Shown here piece by piece: positions 1 to 9,511 of a stretch of 64,000 nucleotides of DNA (the first letter of the stretch is position 1; every line of letters begins with the position of its first letter). Source of the stretch: Candidatus Eiseniibacteriota bacterium. GTDB taxonomy: Bacteria; Eisenbacteria; RBG-16-71-46. The notes beneath the pieces were generated by a model. That model saw only the letters and a program-made list of their open reading frames with translations. It did not search any database and was not told the DNA's origin. The stretch covers positions 256,001 to 320,000 of the forward strand of contig CAVQXP010000002.1 in the NCBI GenBank assembly GCA_963717935.1. Reading direction: 5' to 3'. A program made the translations under genes and the position numbers.

Positions 1-1610
1 TGGCCTCGCACTGCGGGGCGACGGTCTTCAGGAGCCTCCACGATCGGCGCATCCACACCGAGCGGGCGGAGGCCCAGGCGGCGCTTCTCGACAGCGAGAG
101 GCGCTACCGTCAGTTCTTCGAGCACGACATCGCCGGCGCCTACATCTCGAAGCCCGACGGGCAGATGCTGGACTGCAACTCGGCCTTCGCGCGCATACTG
201 GGGTTCTCGACCGCCGCCGAGGCGCTCGCGAGCGACGTCGTCTCGCACTACCTGGCTGCCGACGCGCGTCGAGCGTTCCTGGACCGGCTTCGCACGCAGC
301 GCAGCGTGGACCGGAGCGAGAACGTCCTGGGTCGCGCCGACGGGGAATCGGTCCACGTGATCGAGACGGCTGTCGGTGTCTTCGACCCGCAGGGCGAGCT
401 GCTGGAGATCCATGGCTACGTGATCGACGACACGGAACGTCGCAGAGCCAACGAGCACCTCCAGCTCGCGCAGAGGATGGAGGTCTTCGGAAGGCTGACG
501 GGGGGGCTCGCGCACGGCTTCAACAACATGCTCGCCGCCATCATGGGCAGCGCGCAGATGATCCAGATCCAGGCGCCGGCGGACCATCCGGCTCACGCGA
601 AGGCCGCGAACATCCTGAAGGCCGCGACCCGGGCCGCGGCCTTGACGCGGCAGTTGCTGGTCTTCAGCCGCCAGCAAGCGCTTGGGCTCAAGCTGCTCGA
701 CCTGAGCGCAATCGTGGCCGACATGGAGGACATGCTGGGGCAGGTGCTGGGCGCGAGCATCGAGGTCGTCGCCAAGCGGGGAGCCTCGCTGGATTCGGTG
801 AAGGCCGACCCCGGACAGGTCCAGCAGGTTCTCCTCAACCTGGCCCTCAACGCGCGGGACGCCATGCCCAATGGCGGCACGCTCACGATCGAGACCGCCA
901 ACGTGGAGCTGGACGACGCGTTCGCGGCCGGCGAGGGCCGGAGCATCGCGCCGGGCCCTTACGTCCTCCTCGCGGTGAGCGACACCGGCTGTGGCATGGA
1001 TGCGGAGACGCAGGCGCGGGCCTTCGAGCCCTTCTTCACCACCAAGGCCCCCGGCAAGGCCACGGGGCTCGGACTCTGGGCCGTCCATGGGATCGTCAGG
1101 CAGAGCGGCGGACACGTCGACATCCACAGCAAGCCCGGCCAGGGATCCACGATCAAGATCTACCTGCCCTGCGTGGAAGAGGTCAGCGTCACCGTCGAAG
1201 AAGACCCGCCTCGCCCGGGACGCGGCGGGGAGACCGTGCTCGTCGCCGAAGACGAGGAGCTGGTGCGCATGGTCGTTCGAGATGCCCTGACCTCGGGCGG
1301 GTACACGGTTCTCGAGGCGAAGAGCGCCGGCGAGGCGGTCGTGCTCTCCACGGGGCACGTGGGGCCGATCGACCTGCTCGTGACGGATGTGGTGATGCCC
1401 GGCAAGGGCGGGCACGACCTGGCGGCCCGGCTGACGAGATTGTTCCCGGACATGGCGGTGCTCTGCATCTCGGGCTACGCGGACCCGGGAGCCCTCTCCA
1501 ACGGAAGGCCAGGTCCCGAGACCGCGTTCCTCCAGAAACCCTTCACCTCCGAGGTCCTCCTGCGCAAGGTGCGCGAGACACTCGACGGACCTCGTCGCAA
1601 GGCCGCGTGA
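1..1610 (+). CDS. Hybrid sensor histidine kinase (PAS-HisKA-HATPase-REC), truncated at the 5' window edge
   Basis: The frame of ORF 165..1610 is open back to base 3 (..DSERRYRQFFEHDIAGAY..). H-box GGLAHGFNNML, N-box NLALNARDAM, DTGCGM, FEPFFTTK, REC DLLVTDVVMPG..FLQKPF. Confidence 0.9.
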   Translation, partial: ASHCGATVFRSLHDRRIHTERAEAQAALLDSERRYRQFFEHDIAGAYISKPDGQMLDCNSAFARILGFSTAAEALASDVVSHYLAADARRAFLDRLRTQRSVDRSENVLGRADGESVHVIETAVGVFDPQGELLEIHGYVIDDTERRRANEHLQLAQRMEVFGRLTGGLAHGFNNMLAAIMGSAQMIQIQAPADHPAHAKAANILKAATRAAALTRQLLVFSRQQALGLKLLDLSAIVADMEDMLGQVLGASIEVVAKRGASLDSVKADPGQVQQVLLNLALNARDAMPNGGTLTIETANVELDDAFAAGEGRSIAPGPYVLLAVSDTGCGMDAETQARAFEPFFTTKAPGKATGLGLWAVHGIVRQSGGHVDIHSKPGQGSTIKIYLPCVEEVSVTVEEDPPRPGRGGETVLVAEDEELVRMVVRDALTSGGYTVLEAKSAGEAVVLSTGHVGPIDLLVTDVVMPGKGGHDLAARLTRLFPDMAVLCISGYADPGALSNGRPGPETAFLQKPFTSEVLLRKVRETLDGPRRKAA

Positions 1611-1761
1611 GCCACTCCCATGCTCCATGACGAGTCCGGGCCTGAAACCGCGGCCGCTGCACCTCTGCCCCGGGCAGGGGAGCGGGAGATCGCGCCGGAG
1701 GTCCGGCTGGAAGGTCGGTACCTCCGACCCCGGGTCTCCCACCATGCCGGGGGGGGGCTCG

Positions 1762-4700
1762 ATGAATTCGATCCGGGGAGAGCCTCCGCGGCTCCGGGAC
1801 ACCGAGGCGGGAGGGCCTTGCGTGGACCACGTGCTGGTGGCCCAGGCGGAGGCCTCGATCGACGGGATCCTCATCGTCGACGGGCAGGGCGAGATCGTCT
1901 ACGCCAATCGGCGCTTCGCCGGCCTGTGGGGCTTCCCTGAAGCCGCGGCACTGACCGGGCCCGATGCGCCCCTTCTGCAGATGGCCCTCGAGAAGCTGGT
2001 GGACCCCGAGGGGTTCATCGCGAAGGTCGAACATCTTTACCGGCACCCCGAGGAGACGAGCCAGGACGAGGTCGCGCTGAAGGACGGCAGGGTCTTCGAC
2101 CGCTACTCCGCGCCGATCTCCCGTCCGGACGGGGTGCACGTGGGGCGGGTCTGGTTCTTCCACGACATCACCCGCCGTGCCCGGGCCGAGGAGGCGCTCC
2201 GGGAATCCCGGCAGTCCCTGGAGGCGATCATCAACAGCATCGCCGACCCTGTCTTCGTCAAGGATGCGGAACATCGGTTCACCCTCGTCAATGACGCCTT
2301 CTGCGCCATGCTCGGCGCTCCACGGGAGGCGATCCTGGGGAAGCGCGATGCCGACCTCTTCCCGCCGGAGCAGGTGAGCGTGTTCCTGCGGCAGGACGAC
2401 CTCGTCTTCGCGACCGGCATCCCCGACGTCAACGAGGAGATGATCACCGGCGCGGACGGCGCGGTCCGCACGATCGTCACCAAGAAGACCCTTCACACCG
2501 ACTCCGCGGGCCAGACGTTCATCGTGGGCGTGATTCGCGACATCACCGAGCAGATGCAGGCCGAGCGTTCCCGGCGCATGGCCCAACGGCGGGCCCAGGC
2601 GCTGCTGGAGCTTTTCCGGCTCCCACGGACCTCGGATGCGGCGCTCGTCGCCTTCGCCCTCGATCAACTGGTCTCCCTGACCGGGAGCAAGCTGGGCTTC
2701 ATCGGCTTCGTGGACGCGGCCGAAACCACGATGTCGGCGCATCTGTGGTCCGCCAAGGCGATGCAGGAATGCGCCATGGACAACATCCCCACCCAGTTCG
2801 ACGTCCGGGGCGGGGGGCTCTGGGCTGCCCCCGTCAGGGAGCACCAGGCCATCATCGTCAACGACTATGCCGCGCCCAGTCCGCTGAAGACGGGCTGCCC
2901 GGCGGGCCACGTCAAGCTCACCCGGTTCCTCGGCGTTCCGTTGATTCGAGACGGTCGCACGTGTCCTGGTCGCCGGCCTGGGCAACAAGGCCGCGGACTA
3001 CGACAAGTCAGACGAGGTCGATGCGACGCTGTTCCTCGAAGGCATCTGGGAACTCATCAACCGCAATCGCGCCGAGCGGGGGCTGATCCAGAGCCGGGCC
3101 CAGCTTGACGATGTCGGCGCGATGGGCCGTGTGGGTGGATGGGAACTCGACGTCGAGACGAAGGCGCTGCGCTGGACGAGCGAGACGTACCGGATCCACG
3201 AGGTCCCCGAAACGGAGAGTCCCGACCTGGCGCGGGCGGTCCTCTTCTACGACATGCCGGGGCGATCCACCCTGGAAGCCGCAGTGCAGCGCTGCATGGA
3301 GGCCGGGGAGTTGTTCGACCTCGTGCTTCCGTTCACCAGCGCGAAAGGCAGACAGCACTGGACGCGCGCGATGGGGTATCCGGTGAAGGCCGACGGCAAG
3401 GTGGTGAGGCTGGCGGGAACCTTCCAGGACATCACCGCGCGCAAGCAGGCGGAGGAGCGCATCGCCAGCCTGGTGGCCGCGGTCGAGCAAACGACCGATG
3501 ACAGCATCCTGCTGGACCTCGAGGGCCGCATCCAGTACGTGAACCCGGCTTTCGAGCGGACCACCGGCTACTCGTCGGAAGAAGCCGTGGGCCGGGATGT
3601 CAATGACCTTCTGTGCCGTGGCCTGGATGAAGCCCTGCTCCCGGAGATCTGGGAGAGCATCCGCAAGGGGCACCCGTGGAGGGGCCGCTTCAGCAATTGG
3701 ACGAAGGACGGACGCTTGATCCTCCTGGACGGCGCCGTTTCGGCCATCCGGGACCCGTCGGGGGCCATCATCGGCTATGTCTCGGCGCGTCGCGACGTCA
3801 CGAAGCAGGTGGAGATCGAGGCCCACCTCGCCCAGGCCGTCAAGCTCGAGGCGATCGGGACGCTCGCGGGCGGCATCGCCCACGACTTCAACAACATCCT
3901 GAGCGCCATCGTCGGCAACACGCAGCTGGCCCTGATGAGGTGCGCCGACGACCCGGCGGTCCAGCACGACCTGGAGGTCGTTCTCCAGGGGGCTCGACGC
4001 GCGACCGACCTCGTCAAGCAGATCCTCACGTTCAGCCGCCATGCCCTGCACGAGGAGGGCCCCGTCCAGGTGGGCCTCATCGTGAAGGAGGCCTCGAAGT
4101 TCCTGCGCGCAACGGTCCCATCGACGATCGAGATCCGCATGGACGTGCAGTCCACTTCCGTGGTCCTGGCCGATCCGACCGAGATCCACCGGATCATCGT
4201 CAACCTCTGCACGAACGCGGCTCTGGCCATGCACGAGCAGGGAGGGGTGCTGGAGATCGGGCTCGCGGACGTGGACGTGGACTCCTCGCTCGCGCAGCAG
4301 TTCCCCGGTGTGGCCGCCGGGAGATTCCTCCGGTTGCGCGTGCGCGACACCGGCCACGGCATGAGCCGCGAAGTGGTCGAGCACGTCTTCGAGCCCTTCT
4401 TCACGACGAGAGATGTGGGAAAGGGCGTGGGGCTGGGGCTTGCAGTCGTGCACGGAATCGTCACGAGCCTGCACGGTGCGATCACCGTGCAGAGCGCGCC
4501 GGGCAAGGGCACGACCTTCGAGGTCTACCTCCCCGTTGCCGAGATCGCCGTCCCGGACGAGGTGCCCCCTCTGGAGGGGGTCTGCCGTGGCACGGAGCGC
4601 GTGCTCGTGGTGGATGACGACCCGCTCGTCCTGGAGGTGGCGACGGACATGCTGCAGGAACTGGGCTTCGCGGTCCGGTCGGAGACGAGAGCCGCAGCAG

Positions 4701-5047
4701 CCCTGGCCGTGTTCGAGGCGGACCCACAGGCGTTCGATCTCGTGCTCACCGACATGACCATGCCGGGCATGACGGGGGACGTCCTGGCGGAGCGGCTGAA
4801 GCGCTGCCGGCCGGACATCCCGGTCATCCTCTGCTCGGGCTACACCGAAGAACAGATCCCGGAACGCACCAGGATGCAGGGGATCGATGAGTTCCTGATG
4901 AAACCGCTCTTCATGGGGCCGCTCTCGCAGCTCGTGCGCAAGGTGCTCGACGCGTCCCGCGACCGCACACACTCGGCAGGGGGGAGCGGCGCGCCGGCCA
5001 CGGGCCCGTCTACCGGAGGGGCATCCCCCAGGTCAGCCCGAACGTGA
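1762..5047 (+). CDS. Multi-PAS/GAF hybrid histidine kinase with REC, split by an apparent +1 frameshift near 2962
   Basis: PAS-PAS-GAF in ORF 1627..3108 up to FLGVPLIRDGRT; the GAF continues in the next frame from 2963 (VLVAGLGNKAADYD..) into ORF 3122..5047 (PAS, PAS, GGIAHDFNNIL, FEPFFTT, GKGVGLGL, LTDMTMPG). Start codon uncertain (1744, 1762 or 1822). Confidence 0.85.
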
Positions 5048-5780
5048 AGTCCGGCGCCCCATCCGTCAGGCCCACGGTGGCGGAAGCGCCCGCGGTGCCG
5101 CCCCACAGATCGCGCGATACGAGTGCGCCCACGCTCACCGGCGCAGCGATCCCATCCACGGCAGCGGTCGCGGCCGAACAGGTGATCGAAGCCGCCTTGC
5201 GGTCCCCGATCCGCGTGAGCATCAGCGTGCCCATGAACGGATCACGCAGGTCGAGATCCGCGGGATCGCCAAGCTTCCACCAGGCTGCGCCAGCGCCCAG
5301 GAACCACGAACCACCCACACCGCGCGTCGCGTCGAGCGTGGCGCCGAAGTCCCATTCACCGGTGCCGAGATCACCGGCCTCCGCCACCGGCGCCTTCACG
5401 GCGAGCCCCGCGCTGAGCGAGCCGCGGGAGGTCTGCGCGAGCCGTGCCGTGAAGCTCATCAGCGGGTCACCGATCCCCACGCGGATCCCCTCCACAGCCT
5501 CGGAATCGCGCACCCCGCGGCCACTGGCCGTGCTGTCGCCTTCCGCGTCACGGCCGGGCACGTAGCCACCGGGGGTGAGCAGCGCCGTTCCGTTCGCCGC
5601 GATCACGGGAATCGAAAGCCGCAAAGTGGCGTGGCCCAGGTCAAACGCGAGGCCATGGTTCCACGTCAGCGTGGTGCTGGTCTCGCCGCTCGCATAGTCA
5701 CCCGACACCGCATTCAGGCCGGCGTCATAGCGGACGTCCTGTGCCGCGGCGTGCGGCACAGGAAGCGTCCACAGCATCAT
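5010..5780 (-). CDS. Putative outer-membrane beta-barrel (resembles phenol-MetA-type 'transporter' barrels)
   Basis: 3' half of ORF 5010..6548: signal-like LTALAVAMMLWTLPVPHAAA, then SGDY, GIGDP, LGTGEWDFG, amphipathic strands, ending APDFTFGLTWGMPLR. Start uncertain. Overlaps the convergent kinase end by 38 nt. Confidence 0.6.
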   Translation of the reverse strand: MMLWTLPVPHAAAQDVRYDAGLNAVSGDYASGETSTTLTWNHGLAFDLGHATLRLSIPVIAANGTALLTPGGYVPGRDAEGDSTASGRGVRDSEAVEGIRVGIGDPLMSFTARLAQTSRGSLSAGLAVKAPVAEAGDLGTGEWDFGATLDATRGVGGSWFLGAGAAWWKLGDPADLDLRDPFMGTLMLTRIGDRKAASITCSAATAAVDGIAAPVSVGALVSRDLWGGTAGASATVGLTDGAPDFTFGLTWGMPLR

Positions 5781-5797
5781 CGCGACCGCCAGCGCCG

Positions 5798-6355
5798 TCA
5801 GGCGCCGACGATCTGCTTGAGCATCAGGTGCGCCTCGTCCATCTCGCGAACCATGGTGCGCAAGCGGTCCTGAAGCCGGTCCATGTCGCGGATCCTGTCG
5901 CGATCCTGCTGCATGACCGGATCCTGGCACACCTGATCCATCTTGCGGAGCATCAGCTGCACGCGTTCTCCGGCCTGGGTCATGTGCTGTCCCATCTCGC
6001 GGAACGCCGGGTCGGTGCCCTGCTTCTCCATCCACTGATTCAGCTCGCGCATGCGGGTCATCACGCCGTCCATCTCCTTCAACGAAACCCGCATCCGCTC
6101 CTGGCGCATCTGCTGATTCTGCTCCATGCGCTGGGTCTGCTTGCCCTGCTGCATCTGCTGCATCTGCTGGGTCTGCTGCATCTGCTGAGTCTGCTGGGCC
6201 TGCTGGGCCTTCTGCTGCGCCTGCTGCTGTGCCTGCTGCGCCTGCTGCTGCGCCTGCTGGGCCTGCTGCTGCGCCTGCTGCTGGGCGGACTGCGCCAGCG
6301 CGATCACAGCCAGGAGCATGCCCATGGCCACCACCACTGCCACCGCACGTTTCAT
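5798..6355 (-). CDS. Secreted Gln/Met-rich coiled-coil protein (185 aa)
   Basis: ATG at 6355 with GGAGGAGG RBS; signal peptide MKRAVAVVVAMGMLLAVIALA; Q-rich repeats followed by a Met-rich helical region. Confidence 0.8.
   Translation of the reverse strand: MKRAVAVVVAMGMLLAVIALAQSAQQQAQQQAQQAQQQAQQAQQQAQQKAQQAQQTQQMQQTQQMQQMQQGKQTQRMEQNQQMRQERMRVSLKEMDGVMTRMRELNQWMEKQGTDPAFREMGQHMTQAGERVQLMLRKMDQVCQDPVMQQDRDRIRDMDRLQDRLRTMVREMDEAHLMLKQIVGA
6135..6290 (-). repeat. Coding low-complexity tandem repeat (CAG-rich; QQQA/QQA then QQM/QQT units)
   Basis: ctgctgcgc and ctgcatctg units are visible on the + strand. Confidence 0.85.
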
Positions 6356-6772
6356 CTTGGTCCCTCCTCCTTGATTCGTGGACGGGTCGCGCGCCGACGT
6401 GAGCGTCGGCCCGGACGCAAGCGGCATCCCAGGTCGTGGTCGGCCACGGGTGCGGGGTGACCTCCATCCTCCGCGCCGCAGTCTCGATGCTCTCGCGCTC
6501 TGGGCGCCCTTCCTCGCCAGCCCTGGCGGTCGCGACCATGCGGCGCAAGGTACACCGCGCCCGAGCCAGACCACAAGAGGTGCCGGATCACGTCGAGACA
6601 CGGGTTGCCGGGGAGGTTGTCGCATGCGAAACGGGCTTCAAGTGGTCTTCTCCCCGATTCTTGATCCGGCGCGACTCTTGTTCAGGGACAGAGCTCCACT
6701 CGGGCGTGCGCGACTGGCCCCCCGTAGCACTCACTGCCCCGCTGCGCTAACCTGCCCTTCGGCCGCCCCCGT

Positions 6773-6848
6773 GACCCGTTAGCTCAGTCGGTAGAGCACC
6801 TGCCTTTTAAGCAGGGAGTCGCTGGTTCGATCCCAGCACGGGTCACCA
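6773..6848 (+). tRNA. tRNA-Lys (anticodon TTT)
   Basis: Acceptor stem gacccgt/acgggtc, D-arm gctc..gagc, anticodon stem cctgc-ctTTTaa-gcagg, T-arm gctgg-ttcgatc-ccagc, encoded CCA; 76 nt. Confidence 0.97.
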
Positions 6849-7135
6849 CTTCGGGCCGCGGGCTCACCGGAGGCGCGTTCCCGTGACGCCGGCAGCCCCG
6901 CGCGCTCCGTGCGCGCCGCCGGCAGGTCGTGCCCGCTTCCTGGGCCCGCACCGGAGTCCGAAGGTCCGGGGTCGCCTGACGCACCTGTGTTTCAGTGTGA
7001 TAGCGTCAACTTTCTGCAAACCTCAAGGCCACCTTCGCGCATCTAGTAGAATCGACAGGATCGGTCCCCCGCGACGGGACCGGTCGCCAGGGCCGAGATT
7101 GCCAGGACCCCCGGGCCAGCCTCTGGAGAAGCATC

Positions 7136-7396
7136 GTGGATTGTACCGAGGTGATGGAGCAACTGTCCGACTACCTGGACGAGGACGTCCGGGTGGAACT
7201 GAAGAAGGCGGTGGACGAGCACCTGCACGCCTGCCACGATTGCAGCTACTACGTGGACTCGGTGCGCAAGACGGTCGTGCTCTACCAGGCCGAGCGGCGG
7301 ATCGAGGTGCCGATGAAGGCGACCGCTCGACTGCACGCAGCCCTGGCGGCTGAGTACGCCATGGAGTCCAGGAAGCGCCCCGGCCAGTCCGATTGA
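7136..7396 (+). CDS. zf-HC2 (ZAS) zinc-finger anti-sigma factor, small and soluble
   Basis: MDCTEVMEQLSDYLDE..EHLHACHDC matches C..LSxYLD..HxxxCxxC; GGAG RBS; GTG start. Confidence 0.85.
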   Translation: MDCTEVMEQLSDYLDEDVRVELKKAVDEHLHACHDCSYYVDSVRKTVVLYQAERRIEVPMKATARLHAALAAEYAMESRKRPGQSD

Positions 7397-7422
7397 CACG
7401 CTTCCGCGCCGGACCCTAGACT
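7393..7422 (+). promoter_or_regulatory. Sigma70-type promoter upstream of the ychF-like gene
   Basis: TTGACA (7393-7398), 18-nt spacer, TAGACT (7417-7422). Confidence 0.7.
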
Positions 7423-7497
7423 GCCGCGCCTCATGAGCTCCTGACGGCCTGCGGGGCACCCCCGCGGGCCGTCTCGTTCCATCCGGCGGGAGACCCC

Positions 7498-8562
7498 ATG
7501 CAGCGCATCGGCATCCTCGGCCTGCCACGCTCCGGCAAGAGCACCCTCTTCGAGGTCCTGATGCAGGGCGCCGGGGCGCACGCCGCCCAGGCGGGGCGCG
7601 AGCAGTTGGGCGTGGTCCGCGTGCCCGACGAGCGGGTGGACCGGCTCGCCGCGATCTTTCAGCCGAAGAAGACCACGCACGCGCAGATCGAGTTCGTGGA
7701 CAGCGGTGCCGCCCGGGGCAGCCGCGAGGCCATCTCGGCCCGCGCCGCCGCCAAGGCGGACCTGTTCTCGGGCGTGCGCAACTGCGACGCGCTCCTGGCC
7801 GTGGTGCGCGACTTCGAGAGCGACCTGGAGCCCGCCCCCGACGGCGTGGACCCCGCCCGCGACCTGCGCAACCTCGAGGCCGAGTTCATCCTCAACGACC
7901 TCGCCATCGTCGAGAATCGCATGGAGCGGCTCGGCAAGGAGCTGCGCGTCGGCAAGAAGGAAGGCGAGCGCGAGCACGCCCTCCTGGAGAAGATCAAGGG
8001 CCTGCTCGAGGGCGAGCGCCCGCTGCGGGGCGAGCGCTTCGGGTCCGAGGAGGCGAAGGTCATCAAGGGCTTCCAGTTCCTTTCGCAGAAGCCGCTGCTG
8101 GTGGTGTACAACCAGGACGACGCCGCGACGCGCGTCCCGCCCCCGGCGGGTCCGGGCGCCCTGGCGGTGGCTCTCAAGGCACACCTCGAGCGCGAGATCG
8201 TCTCGCTGCCCCCGGAGGAGCGCCCGGCGTTCCGCTCGGAGATGGGGCTCGCTGAAGACGGTCTCTCGCTGGTCATCCGGGTCAGCTACGAGCTGCTCGG
8301 GCTGGTCTCGTTCTTCACGGTCGGACCCGACGAGGTGAAGGCGTGGACGATCCACCGCGGCGAGACGACGCTGGACGCGGCGGGGGCGATCCACACCGAT
8401 CTGGCGAAGGGCTTCATCCGGGCCGAGGTGGTCCACTGGGAGCACATGGTCGAGGCCGGGGGACACACGCCGACGACGCGCGAGAAGGGCTGGCTGAGCC
8501 TCGAGGGGCGCGACTACGTGGTGCAGGACGGCCAGTGCCTGGTCATCCGGTTCAACAAGTGA
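7498..8562 (+). CDS. ychF: YchF/OLA1-family ATPase, divergent
   Basis: GILGLPRSGKSTLF, VPDERVDRLA, EFVD, LVSFFTVGPDEVKAWTI, AAGAIHTDLAKGFIRAEV, EGRDYVVQDG..RFN. Confidence 0.85.
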   Translation: MQRIGILGLPRSGKSTLFEVLMQGAGAHAAQAGREQLGVVRVPDERVDRLAAIFQPKKTTHAQIEFVDSGAARGSREAISARAAAKADLFSGVRNCDALLAVVRDFESDLEPAPDGVDPARDLRNLEAEFILNDLAIVENRMERLGKELRVGKKEGEREHALLEKIKGLLEGERPLRGERFGSEEAKVIKGFQFLSQKPLLVVYNQDDAATRVPPPAGPGALAVALKAHLEREIVSLPPEERPAFRSEMGLAEDGLSLVIRVSYELLGLVSFFTVGPDEVKAWTIHRGETTLDAAGAIHTDLAKGFIRAEVVHWEHMVEAGGHTPTTREKGWLSLEGRDYVVQDGQCLVIRFNK

Positions 8563-8624
8563 AGCCGGGGTGCGGTCCCGCGCGCGGGCGTGGCCACCGC
8601 CGGGGAGTCCCGAGGGAGGCAACG

Positions 8625-9197
8625 ATGAGTCGAGTCCTGTGGCGGGCGCTGGTCCTGTTCGCGCTGCTCCTGGTCCACGCGCCGGCCTTCGCCGCGGCGC
8701 GGTTCGGCGAGGTGGGCGGGCACCTCTCGATCGGCTACGCGAAGCTGGTCACGACGGACGCTCCCGGCGGCTCGATCTCCATGGGCGCGGGCCTGGACTA
8801 CCCGCTGGCACGCACGCTGCGGGCCGGGCTCGACCTGGGCTACGATCTGCTCGGCAGCCGCACGGTCCAGCGCGGCAGCCTGTTCGGCTCGGTGGACTAC
8901 AGCGCCTTCGAGGCCACCGCGTTCCTGCACTGGCTCCCGCAGCGGGGGCTGGTGCGCCGCGTCTCGCTGGGCCCGGCCCTGGTCAACGCGCACGGGGATC
9001 TCTCGGTGACGGGGGGGGGCGCGGGCTTCAGCGATCTGGCGGTGCAGGAGTCGGCGGCCGCGGTCGCAGCGCAGGTCACGCTGATGCCGGCCAGGCCGGC
9101 TCCCGTGAGGCTGGGCCTCGAGCTGGGCGGCCGCCTGGCCTTCCTGGCGGGCGACGACTGGACGCTGCTGAGCTTGCGCGCGACCGTGCATTACTAG
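8625..9197 (+). CDS. Secreted small outer-membrane beta-barrel protein
   Basis: GGAGG RBS, ATG 8625, signal peptide ending APAFA, alternating-residue strands, terminal aromatic (LSLRATVHY). Confidence 0.65.
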   Translation: MSRVLWRALVLFALLLVHAPAFAAARFGEVGGHLSIGYAKLVTTDAPGGSISMGAGLDYPLARTLRAGLDLGYDLLGSRTVQRGSLFGSVDYSAFEATAFLHWLPQRGLVRRVSLGPALVNAHGDLSVTGGGAGFSDLAVQESAAAVAAQVTLMPARPAPVRLGLELGGRLAFLAGDDWTLLSLRATVHY

Positions 9198-9230
9198 CGG
9201 TGCGCCCGGCGTTTGCGTCCGCCCGCGCTT

Positions 9231-9259
9231 TTGACACCCTCTGGGGCCCCGGCTAGACT
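9231..9259 (+). promoter_or_regulatory. Sigma70-type promoter of the rib operon
   Basis: TTGACA (9231-9236), 17-nt spacer, TAGACT (9254-9259), just upstream of the riboswitch. Confidence 0.8.
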
Positions 9260-9271
9260 CCGTCGCCTTAG

Positions 9272-9420
9272 AGCTCCTTCGGGGCGGGGTGCGAGTCCCC
9301 ACCGGCGGTAGAGCCCGCGAGCGGGCGTGTGCGGCGCAGCAGTCCAGGGCGAACCGGACGCGACCGCAGACCCGGCGAGATTCCGGGGCCGACCGTGAAA
9401 GTCGGGATGGAAGAAGGAGG
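9272..9420 (+). ncRNA. FMN riboswitch (RFN element)
   Basis: ctccttcggggcggggtgcgagtccccaccggcggt-agagcccgcgagc..gcagacccggcgagattccggggccgaccgtgaaagtcgggatggaagaaggag fits the RFN consensus; P1 is ctccttc/gaaggag; located 5' of ribD. Confidence 0.95.
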
Positions 9421-9464
9421 AGGGCCGAGGACTGCCCGTGTCCCGGCCGCTGCTCCGTGATTCC

Positions 9465-9503
9465 GCCCCGTGGTGCCGAACGCCACGGGGTCTTCTCATT
9501 CTT
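9465..9503 (+). terminator. Terminator-like hairpin of the riboswitch expression platform
   Basis: gccccgtggtg-ccgaa-cgccacggggt stem followed by pyrimidine-rich cttctcattctt, directly before the ribD RBS. Confidence 0.6.
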
Positions 9504-9511
9504 GGAGGGTC

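Noticed and set aside
1749..1757. G9 tract near the start of the second kinase as a phase-variation site
   Set aside because: It probably lies upstream of the real start (1762 or 1822), G runs are common at this GC content, and no read data are available.
6135..6290. Repeat array considered as CRISPR
   Set aside because: In-frame coding CAG repeats with no unique spacers and no cas genes.
1..6900. Possible genomic island next to tRNA-Lys
   Set aside because: No integrase and no duplicated tRNA 3' end seen; the accessory-looking genes lie on the 5' side of the tRNA.
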